Below, piece after piece: positions 22,121 to 30,313 of a DNA stretch of 56,835 bases. Below the pieces are notes generated by a model that worked only from the letters and a program-made list of their open reading frames with translations, did no database searches and was not told the DNA's origin. This stretch comes from Halomicronema sp. (GTDB lineage Bacteria > Cyanobacteriota > Cyanobacteriia > Cyanobacteriales > Oscillatoriaceae). Location of the stretch: NCBI GenBank assembly GCA_036704045.1, contig DATNQM010000011.1:1-56835 (forward strand). Direction: 5' to 3'. Position 1 is the first letter of the stretch. Every line of letters starts with the position of its first letter. Position numbers and translations under genes: made by a program.

Positions 22121-24298
22121 TTACACAATGCCATTTTGACTGAGAGGCGTTTTAACGAAATTCCCAGAAATGGGCGGAATAACTGGCGGCAAATTGCTAT
22201 CAGAAACTACAGACTCAACAACAGAGTTTTCTGTTTCTTTTTGAGGTGTTGGAATTTGTTTACCGGCTTGGTTCCATAAAATCATCGCCAATAAACCATC
22301 AACTAAACCATTACTCGAACCATTATTTCCCCCCACCAAAACATCAGGAATTAAACGCACATTGCGCTCACCAATAATCTGCATAATTTGCATCGCCGTG
22401 TACGCATTTTCACCCAAAGCTTCAACACCTGCACGATAAGTTTCTGCCTTAGCATTCCCCGTAGCGCGGATACCTTCAGCCTCACCTGTTGCCCGCAACT
22501 TAATACCTTCAGCCTCACCTGTTGCCTGTTGAATTTGCGCCGATGCCTTCAATTCAGCAATTTTCACACTTTGTTCAGACTTCACCATTTCCTGCTGAAT
22601 TTCTGCTAAAGCTGTCTCCCTCACAAGTTGCTGCCGTTGTGTTTGAGCCATTTGTTGAACTTCAAAAGTTTTGCGTTGTTCCTCCGCAATTTTTCGCTCA
22701 GTTTGTGTTTTCATTAACTCTGGCGGCGGTTCAATTTCGCCAATCAAAGTATCAATTGCTTGGACATCATAACAACGTAGTGCCGCCTTAATATATTCTG
22801 CCGCCTCCGCCTGACGTTCACTGCGAGCACTTAAGAAATCTAAAACCGTATAATCTTGAGCAGAATTACGGAAATAATTGCCAATTGTAGGCTCTAAAAC
22901 ATGATCTACCAAATTTTGCATCGCCCCTACTCGCGAAATCACTTTTGGTGCATCCAAAGCCCCCACATGAATAATTTGTGCCACCTGCAAATCAAAAGCA
23001 AAACCATCTTTTGAACGCACCACCAAAGACGCTAATTTAGTATCATAATTATGTCTCTCTGTACGCCCTGACCAATTTAAAACAATATTTGTTGTCGGCA
23101 CTAATTCTATTTTCATTACACGGGTATTAATAGGATGTTTGCCGGGATAAAGTGGCTCTGTCCACACTCCTTTATGTCCTGGCTTAACCAAATCTCCATG
23201 AGTAAAAGAAGCCCCACTTACGTCTTCATGGGGTTTGCCTACATAAGATATAACTACACCCACATAACCAATCGGAATTTCTGTCATTGCCACTTGCTCA
23301 ACTTGAGCAAACCAAGGATTTAAATTCCAAGAACCTGACAGTAAAACCTGTTGTTGTAAACCTCGGCTACCACAATTTTGAATAAACTTTTGCCCATTTT
23401 GAAAATTATCATGATTCCCAATTACCGCTCCAGCAATTTCTCCAGCTTCAATAGAAACCCCATCTAAAGTTGTTACAATTCCAACCTTATCTGGTGCCAC
23501 CGTATAAACTTGTAATCTTTCGGGAGAAATTCCACTTTTTGTAGCATTACTAGCGGTTATTACGGTAAATAATGCTGTATTAATTCGATAAGTTCCTGCT
23601 GTTAAAAACCCAATTTGCCGGCCTTTTTCTCCCCCATTAGTCAAAAATTTTCTGGCATCTTGAAAATTTTCACAATCAACTACTTTGCCCAGAATTCTTT
23701 CGGCAGGAATTGAATCACCATCTGCGGCCACAAGCAAAGCAATTTCTCCCTGGGGAACTACAATTACCGGCTCTTTTTTAACTTCATATTGCCAAGGCCA
23801 ATAACCCCAATGCCACCCAGGTGCTAAGGTATCTGCTTGATAACCAGCTTCGCCATTTAAAGCAATTAATCTACCGGCCGGTAAACTACGAGTTGAGAAT
23901 TTTTTAGCAACAATTCCCACCTCTCTTTCACTAATAATCACAAGGCCGGTTGCTGAAGCAAAAATCAAAATTCCCCCACCTAAAACTAAGGGAACCAATA
24001 ACCATCCCCAGTTATTTCCCATTTCCACCACTTGATATGGAGAAGTGAAATTTTGCAGTTGAGCCACTTCAACCGCTGTTAATTTTTTTTGAGGTTGCTG
24101 TTTAGACAATAAATTTTCAATTCTCGTTTCAACTTTTGCTGAAGTCTTTTTTCCTTCACCAGCAACCGCCGGCATTGTCGTTAATACAGCTATGGTTGCT
24201 ACCAGGCTGGCAGCAAAGCTTACTCTTTTAAGATCCCGACCTTTATTTTCCTTCTTCCGTAAATTTTTCATAAAATAATTTATTCCTTTCAGACCCAT
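22121..24298 (-). CDS. long flotillin/SPFH (band 7) family membrane protein
   Basis: Two N-terminal hydrophobic segments, an SPFH-type start (ISEREVGIVAKKF), and a flotillin-like Glu/Ala-rich C-terminal coiled coil with ATGEAEGIKLRATGEAEGIRATGNA repeats. Its 725-aa length is comparable to long cyanobacterial flotillins. Confidence 0.55.
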   Translation of the reverse strand: MGLKGINYFMKNLRKKENKGRDLKRVSFAASLVATIAVLTTMPAVAGEGKKTSAKVETRIENLLSKQQPQKKLTAVEVAQLQNFTSPYQVVEMGNNWGWLLVPLVLGGGILIFASATGLVIISEREVGIVAKKFSTRSLPAGRLIALNGEAGYQADTLAPGWHWGYWPWQYEVKKEPVIVVPQGEIALLVAADGDSIPAERILGKVVDCENFQDARKFLTNGGEKGRQIGFLTAGTYRINTALFTVITASNATKSGISPERLQVYTVAPDKVGIVTTLDGVSIEAGEIAGAVIGNHDNFQNGQKFIQNCGSRGLQQQVLLSGSWNLNPWFAQVEQVAMTEIPIGYVGVVISYVGKPHEDVSGASFTHGDLVKPGHKGVWTEPLYPGKHPINTRVMKIELVPTTNIVLNWSGRTERHNYDTKLASLVVRSKDGFAFDLQVAQIIHVGALDAPKVISRVGAMQNLVDHVLEPTIGNYFRNSAQDYTVLDFLSARSERQAEAAEYIKAALRCYDVQAIDTLIGEIEPPPELMKTQTERKIAEEQRKTFEVQQMAQTQRQQLVRETALAEIQQEMVKSEQSVKIAELKASAQIQQATGEAEGIKLRATGEAEGIRATGNAKAETYRAGVEALGENAYTAMQIMQIIGERNVRLIPDVLVGGNNGSSNGLVDGLLAMILWNQAGKQIPTPQKETENSVVESVVSDSNLPPVIPPISGNFVKTPLSQNGIV

Positions 24299-24558
24299 AG
24301 GACAACACTAACATTTTTGCAACTAACTTTAGAGGTATTTATAATTTTTTAATCTAGGTATAAAAGTTGCCAAACTATCATAATTAAAAGAGAAAGTCTT
24401 AAAAAGCAACAAAAACGGACTCCTAACGTCTCTAAATAAACCTTCTTTGACAAATTTCCTTACTACCAGCAATATTTTTGCTATAGGTACGGTAGTTGCG
24501 AAATCTTACCGCAAATTAGTGTATTTTCTCAGTGTGTCATTCTAACCACCAAAAAACT

Positions 24559-24900
24559 ATGAGTCATCGAGTAAAAGTCCTAGAGCCATCAGGAATATTA
24601 GACGCTACACAAGCAGAAAATTTTGACCAACAAATTATTAATGTCATTCAAGAGGGAGCCGATATTGTTTTAATTGATTTGCAAGATGTTAAATTTATGG
24701 ATAGTTCTGGTTTGCGACTAATAGTTTCTGCCTATAAAACTGTCAAAGCCGCTAACCTAAAATTTTTTCTGTGTTCGTTAAATCACCAAGCAAAAATGAT
24801 TTGCGAACTATCGGGAATTAATAAACTTTTAGACATATTCCCTGACCGGCAATCCTTTAGTCAAGCCATAAATTCTGTAGAACAACTGGCTCAAGAATAG
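24559..24900 (+). CDS. STAS-domain anti-sigma-factor antagonist (SpoIIAA/RsbV-like)
   Basis: ~113-aa single STAS fold with the conserved phosphorylatable serine in FMDSSGL. The ATG at 24559 is preferred over the upstream GTG of the ORF track (24532). Confidence 0.85.
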   Translation: MSHRVKVLEPSGILDATQAENFDQQIINVIQEGADIVLIDLQDVKFMDSSGLRLIVSAYKTVKAANLKFFLCSLNHQAKMICELSGINKLLDIFPDRQSFSQAINSVEQLAQE

Positions 24901-25066
24901 TTAGGATAGGGACGGGTTTACTATAAAGGTTTGTAACAGTATAAGCTCTGTAACTTTATAAAAAACGTGTATAAACCCGCCCCTACAAAATATTTATTTC
25001 CTCCAAGCCTTCATCGATATTTATATATTTTTGATTTTAAAAAACTCAGCTATAGCAAACAATTAT

Positions 25067-27463
25067 CTAAAAACTAATCTGAAGCCAAGATACATCATCA
25101 TCAAAAGTTTCTTTAGTATTATCATTTTGCACTTCAGTTAAAAACTCATTCAGAGTAATTTCTTTTTCTAAACTCCGACTTTGTAGCCAATTGATAAAAA
25201 TATCAAAACTCCAAACCACTCCATCTGGGTGTTCAAATTCATAAATTCCATCACTAAAAATGTAAAGACTACTTCCAGGTGCGACTTCACACTCCGCATT
25301 AGTATAATTAACATTTGGTAACAGCCCAATCGGTAGACATCCAGGGATTCTTAGTTCTTGCAAACCTGTAAAATTGCCGTTATCTTTAGCAATTAAAACT
25401 GCCGGTGGATGGCCAGCACTTGAATAAATAAGCCGATTAGTTAAACGATTATAAACACCATACCAAATTGTAAAATACATATTACCATGCTTATCCATTT
25501 GAAAAGTCTGGTTAAGCGCTTCTAAAACATCACTAGGCGAATAATAATTAGTTTGTAAACCCGAACCTGATCGCAACAAATTTAATACAGATACGGACAA
25601 CAAAGCTGAACCTAAACCATGACCAGAAACATCAATTAAATAAACTGCTAAATGATCCCGGTCTAACCAATCATAACCAAAACTATCACCGCCCAACTTT
25701 TTAGAAGGAATAAACAACCAATCAATCGCCACCGGCCCGCGCATAGGACGAGGTAAAAGCGAACGCACATATTTCGCAGCTTCCTCCAACTCAGCCTCTA
25801 GTGCCGCCTGGATAAGCTGTCTTTGCTGCAACTCGGCTTGCAAAGCCGCCTCAGCACGCTTGCGCTGAGTAATATCAATTCCTACAAAAACTGCCGCTTC
25901 ATCCCCCAACCAATTCCACTTTTTAGCCAACACAGCATGACTAGGAGAACCCTCCACTTCTGCATCAATTTCTAAAGAAGCTTCACTGGCAGAACTTGCA
26001 AAAAATTCTTTTACAAATTGACCAAATTTTGATTGATGAAACCCTACTTCTCGATTTACAAAAGCCTCTTGAGGCATATTATAAATTGTCGCTAAATGTC
26101 GGTTAACACCCAAATAGCGCATATTAGAACTAATCAAAGAAACTGCCCCAGGTACAGCATCCAAAACCGTTTGCAGCAATTCCTTTGCCATTTGAATTGT
26201 TGCTTCCGACTGCTTCCGAGTTGTTACATCTCTGACAAATCCTTCAACACCCACAGGCCGGCCAGATGAATCTAGCCGCAAAATTAAAGTTTGAGACACC
26301 CAAATTTCACAACCATTGCGCCAAGCCAAAACCTCTTGCTGCCGCAATTCTCCTTCAATTTCTAACTGTTTAATACAGTTTTGCCAGAAACTTGTCTCCG
26401 CATAAAGTTGGCTAATATTTTCCACACATTCTAAAAATTGTTTTGGCGACTCATAACCAAAAATTCGTGACAAAGCAGTATTCGCGGTACAAAATTGACC
26501 ATCCAAAGTCACTTGAAATAAACCTTCATCAGTCCGTTCTAAAATTTGCCGGTATTTGCGAGAAGTCACGTTACGAAAAATCCACCGACTCAATCTTTCA
26601 CCGGCTTCAACACGGCAATCAATATTCCCTTCTACCCACACTGCATCGCCATTTTTGCTAACAAAAATTAACTCAATACCCTCTATGGTTTTGCCCTGGC
26701 GCAACTTTTCTAACAGCCAAAGTTGACGACTTTCAGGATGCAGTACATCCCACAACCACATTTTTTCAATTTCGGCATCATCGTAACCCAAAGTGGAACG
26801 CCAAGTTTGATTAACCGACATTAATTTGCCATCAGATAACCGCACACTTTGAATCACCACATTAGCCCGATCCAAAAAATTGTGTAAATGCGCTTGGGTT
26901 GTTTCCATTTGTCGCAATTGCCGGCGTGAATCCATCAACGCCATCACCTGACGCCCCAACATTTTTAACATTTCTTGCTGTTGTGAACCTAACTCACGGG
27001 GTTTGTAATCTATTACACACAACATCCCCAGCGATAAACCATCCCCCGTAATCAAAGGTACACCGGCATAAAACCGCACATAAGGAGGGCCAATAACCAA
27101 AGGATGCTCCGCAAACACACTATCCTGCAAAGCATCCCTAATAATAAATAAATCATTAGACAAAATTCCATGAGAGCAAAAAGCCAATTGTCGGCGCATG
27201 GAACCCTTAGACCAGCCAAACTTTGCCTTTAACCATTGACGCTCAGTATCGATCAAACTCATCAAAGCTGTAGGAGTAGCGCATATTTGGGCTGCTAACC
27301 TCACCAAATCATCAAAACTCGATTCTGGGGCTGTATCCAAAATATGATACTGCCTCAGTGTTTCAATTCTCAAAGCTTCGTTAGACGGCAATGGTGCTTG
27401 GCTCATTGCGACACGAGCGGTTGTCACGGAGTTTACCATTTTTATAGTCACACCAGCAGCCAA
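25067..27463 (-). CDS. GAF-PAS sensor fused to a PP2C/SpoIIE-type serine phosphatase (RsbU/IcfG-like)
   Basis: N-terminal GAF (…YHILDTAPESSFDDLVRLAA…GVPLITGDG…), central PAS-like repeats, and a C-terminal SpoIIE/PP2C domain (GGDSFGYDWL…YLIDVSGHGLGSALLS…IFSDGIYE). Confidence 0.85.
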   Translation of the reverse strand: MAAGVTIKMVNSVTTARVAMSQAPLPSNEALRIETLRQYHILDTAPESSFDDLVRLAAQICATPTALMSLIDTERQWLKAKFGWSKGSMRRQLAFCSHGILSNDLFIIRDALQDSVFAEHPLVIGPPYVRFYAGVPLITGDGLSLGMLCVIDYKPRELGSQQQEMLKMLGRQVMALMDSRRQLRQMETTQAHLHNFLDRANVVIQSVRLSDGKLMSVNQTWRSTLGYDDAEIEKMWLWDVLHPESRQLWLLEKLRQGKTIEGIELIFVSKNGDAVWVEGNIDCRVEAGERLSRWIFRNVTSRKYRQILERTDEGLFQVTLDGQFCTANTALSRIFGYESPKQFLECVENISQLYAETSFWQNCIKQLEIEGELRQQEVLAWRNGCEIWVSQTLILRLDSSGRPVGVEGFVRDVTTRKQSEATIQMAKELLQTVLDAVPGAVSLISSNMRYLGVNRHLATIYNMPQEAFVNREVGFHQSKFGQFVKEFFASSASEASLEIDAEVEGSPSHAVLAKKWNWLGDEAAVFVGIDITQRKRAEAALQAELQQRQLIQAALEAELEEAAKYVRSLLPRPMRGPVAIDWLFIPSKKLGGDSFGYDWLDRDHLAVYLIDVSGHGLGSALLSVSVLNLLRSGSGLQTNYYSPSDVLEALNQTFQMDKHGNMYFTIWYGVYNRLTNRLIYSSAGHPPAVLIAKDNGNFTGLQELRIPGCLPIGLLPNVNYTNAECEVAPGSSLYIFSDGIYEFEHPDGVVWSFDIFINWLQSRSLEKEITLNEFLTEVQNDNTKETFDDDVSWLQISF

Positions 27464-27596
27464 TTTTAAAATAAAAGTAGATGCTTTTATACATCTAAAT
27501 TTATATCATGAGCTTACCAAATCCCCCTGTAGGAATATTTTATTGTTAGCAAAGAAAAAGATATTTTTATTTGTCAAATAACCCTTACTTTTGGGT

Positions 27597-28106
27597 TTAC
27601 TCACAATCAAAATTCTTTCGCATAAGCAAACAATTACGCTCATCAGCCCCTCGACTATATTCAAGGTGATCAGTCAATTTTTTCATAAAAATAAGTCCTC
27701 GACCACCTTCTTTTTGAAGCGGATCCATAGGAGGATTATCCAAAATCTCTTGAAGTTTGGCCGAAAAATCAAAGGGCTGACCGTAATCCCAAATGCGTAT
27801 TTCTAAATACTTAGCAAAAACTTTGACCTCTAATTCAATAGGCGTATGGGACGGCAAGTTTTTGTGGGCGTGGCGGACAGCATTAGTGAATCCTTCCACC
27901 AAAGCTGTTTGACACTTCCACCAAACATTGGCCTCCATAGGAGACTGATTGAATTGTTCAAACCACTCCAAAACCTTCTCGACATCTTTAATATTTGTCG
28001 AAACCTTAAGCTGTGATTGCTTAAAGTGTGGCTGAGTTTCAGGCGTTTGTTTTTTTTCTGGTGAGGTCTTGTCTTTCCACCAACTGCCAAAATTTTCTAA
28101 CATCAT
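27597..28106 (-). CDS. HATPase_c anti-sigma regulatory factor-type Ser kinase (RsbW/SpoIIAB-like)
   Basis: 169 aa with an N-box-like ALVEGFTNAVRHAH and a G-box GGRGLIFMKKL, the size and order typical of RsbW-class kinases. It is adjacent and co-oriented with the STAS-fusion and PP2C genes. Confidence 0.75.
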   Translation of the reverse strand: MMLENFGSWWKDKTSPEKKQTPETQPHFKQSQLKVSTNIKDVEKVLEWFEQFNQSPMEANVWWKCQTALVEGFTNAVRHAHKNLPSHTPIELEVKVFAKYLEIRIWDYGQPFDFSAKLQEILDNPPMDPLQKEGGRGLIFMKKLTDHLEYSRGADERNCLLMRKNFDCE

Positions 28107-28210
28107 CTTCTATGTAGGAGAAGAATGAAATTGCCGTTCATCAAGTCCACCCTGCATCAAAAAGCAGATTACCAATGCTTTGAGAAAGTGTGTACTTTTC
28201 CAGTATCCAC

Positions 28211-29212
28211 TTACATTGCACCGCTATTTTTGCGGAACAAAACCAAAATAGTTTTAACTATTAGCTTTAAGTCATAAATTAAACTCCAATTTTTTTGATA
28301 TTGCAGATCCATTTTGATGACATCTTCAAATTTGGTGATTTTTGACCGGCCATTGACCTGCCACTCACCAGTCATCCCTGGTTTAACATCCAAGCGCTGC
28401 CACTCAGGAACCTCGTAACGCTCTACCTCATCGGGAGTAGGGGGTCGAGTACCCACTAAACTCATATCACCTTTGAGAACGTTTAAAAATTGGGGTAATT
28501 CATCCAAACTTGTCCGCCGTAAAAACCGGCCAACTTTAGTAATTCGGGGGTCATTATCATTTTTAAACAAAGGCCCTTCAACTTTGTTCTCAACTTGAGA
28601 TTTCAAAGCCTCGGCATTGGTACACATTGATCGCAACTTCCACAGCCGAAAACGGCGGCCCATCCAACCGCAGCGAATTTGACTGAAAAAAATCGGCCCC
28701 GGACTATCAAGTTTAATTGCAATACCAATAGGGATCAAGAGTATCGCAGTGATCCCCAACCCTACGATAGCCCCGATTACATCAAGGAATCGTTTTACCC
28801 AAGACCTTACTGAGGGGTGGGTGGTGGGCAATTGATTTTCGACGCGATTTTTCCGGTCAGTCGCTAGGGGTGGAGACCCGGATCTTTCGACTGTTAGTAC
28901 CTGATCTAGGCCGGTGATCGATAGCACAGCCATCACTTGCGGTTGCACGTTTCGCAACACGAGATCAATGCCTTTTTGTTGGGCTGTCCGCACGTTGTTA
29001 ACCAACGCACCCACAGCACTGCTGTCCATAAAAACCGTCTGACTGAAATCTAGCACCAGCTTAGTAGGTGGCGGAACGGCCACAAAAAGCTGTTGACAAG
29101 TTTCCTTAAATGCTACTGCTTCCAGAACACTCAGACGGGTCGGTAGTTGTACCACTGGCATTTCTTCAGAAAAAGAAACCCGAAAGTTGGCATCTTGGGG
29201 TTGGCTAACCAT
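28211..29212 (-). CDS. STAS domain fused to a monotopic phosphoglycosyl transferase (PglC/WbaP-C-type bacterial sugar transferase)
   Basis: aa ~15-110 form a STAS fold with the conserved FMDSSAVGAL serine. aa ~140-333 carry one re-entrant hydrophobic helix (VIGAIVGLGITAILLIPIGIAIKL), PIFFSQIRCG, KLRSM, the catalytic DE dyad in RRTSLDELPQFLNVLKGDMSLVGTRPP, and VKPGMTGEWQV. Confidence 0.8.
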   Translation of the reverse strand: MVSQPQDANFRVSFSEEMPVVQLPTRLSVLEAVAFKETCQQLFVAVPPPTKLVLDFSQTVFMDSSAVGALVNNVRTAQQKGIDLVLRNVQPQVMAVLSITGLDQVLTVERSGSPPLATDRKNRVENQLPTTHPSVRSWVKRFLDVIGAIVGLGITAILLIPIGIAIKLDSPGPIFFSQIRCGWMGRRFRLWKLRSMCTNAEALKSQVENKVEGPLFKNDNDPRITKVGRFLRRTSLDELPQFLNVLKGDMSLVGTRPPTPDEVERYEVPEWQRLDVKPGMTGEWQVNGRSKITKFEDVIKMDLQYQKNWSLIYDLKLIVKTILVLFRKNSGAM

Positions 29213-29448
29213 ATAACCCTGATACTTTTCGTTACTGTTGAAGGAGAAAAAAATTTTAAACGGAAAATATTAGTGATGTTTGTTTGGCAATCGTAACTTA
29301 TTTAAGAACCTTTGAGCAATGATACTTTCGTGTATTTACACAAACTTGTTTATTTTAGAACCTTCAGGCACTCTTAATCCTATACACCAAGGCTGTCAGG
29401 TACGAATAATGGGAACTTGGCTTGCTTAACATAATTTAAAATTTACCT

Positions 29449-29474
29449 AAAAAAAGCCAGCCAGTAAAGGCTGG
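29449..29474 (-). terminator. Intrinsic terminator downstream of the 143-aa gene (minus-strand CCAGCC-loop-GGCTGG then T7)
   Basis: 6-bp stem followed, on the minus strand, by a T7 run about 50 nt after the stop codon at 29526. Confidence 0.45.
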
Positions 29475-29525
29475 AGACAATCAGGTTTCACTACCCTATC
29501 TGTTAAGAGTTGGGGCGTGAAGACA

Positions 29526-29957
29526 CTAATCGAGCATTTCGTCTTCTACTGGCGGGTGGGGAAAAATTTTACCCATCATAAATTGAGGAGTGTTTTGATC
29601 AGATTGTTCGGTTGAATCAGAACAATCTACGGGTTCATGCTTTGGCCCTACACAAATCGCCGTTTGGCCTACACCGGCCATTATTTCTGTAACTTGGCCA
29701 ATAATAGTTTCAATGCGTTCGATCAATTGTTCCGCCACTTCTAAATTAGGCGCAACAATAAAAAAAGTTTTCAACCCCAAAGGACTAGGAGCAAAACCAA
29801 AATTACAATCTTCTAACAGCCGTTGTGTTGAATTGTCAAAAGAATCACACAATCGCTGCAATAAAGTTTGATAGAAGCTCTCAGCTAGTCTGCGGTCATC
29901 AAATCCAGGTTTAAACAACATGGCAAGTCCCTCCTCGGACTTTTTTTGCCATAACAA
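29526..29957 (-). CDS. hypothetical protein
   Basis: 143-aa ORF, co-oriented and immediately upstream of the STAS-sugar-transferase operon but separated from it by its own terminator. I recognise no domain. Confidence 0.5.
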   Translation of the reverse strand: MLWQKKSEEGLAMLFKPGFDDRRLAESFYQTLLQRLCDSFDNSTQRLLEDCNFGFAPSPLGLKTFFIVAPNLEVAEQLIERIETIIGQVTEIMAGVGQTAICVGPKHEPVDCSDSTEQSDQNTPQFMMGKIFPHPPVEDEMLD

Positions 29958-30313
29958 ATTCTTGTATTCTTAGTGTGAGCCCTAAAACTAGCCCAGACAG
30001 TGATGAAAGTCGATGTGGCAATGTGATAATCATCTTCTTTCCCAGTGATGAGTCTATAGCAAAAGCTGTGACTGTTGGTGACCATTTTTGTGATCTGGAT
30101 CGCCATCACTTTTAGCCATCAGTTAGCGGTTATTTTGTGTAGTAAACTACAATAAATACCGCCAAAGTTGTCACTACAAGAGATTATACCCATTTAAACC
30201 TCCAAAAATACAACTTTGGATAGATGTCAGAGAACTATTATTAAACTAACCAAAAAAACACAGAACTTGTTTGCTTGGTTCTTTTATATATTAACTTGAT
30301 AACTACCCTAAAA

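Noticed and set aside
29885-30109. 74-aa ORF overlapping the start of the 143-aa hypothetical gene
   Set aside because: It overlaps a better-supported ORF in another frame and has no ribosome-binding context or motif.
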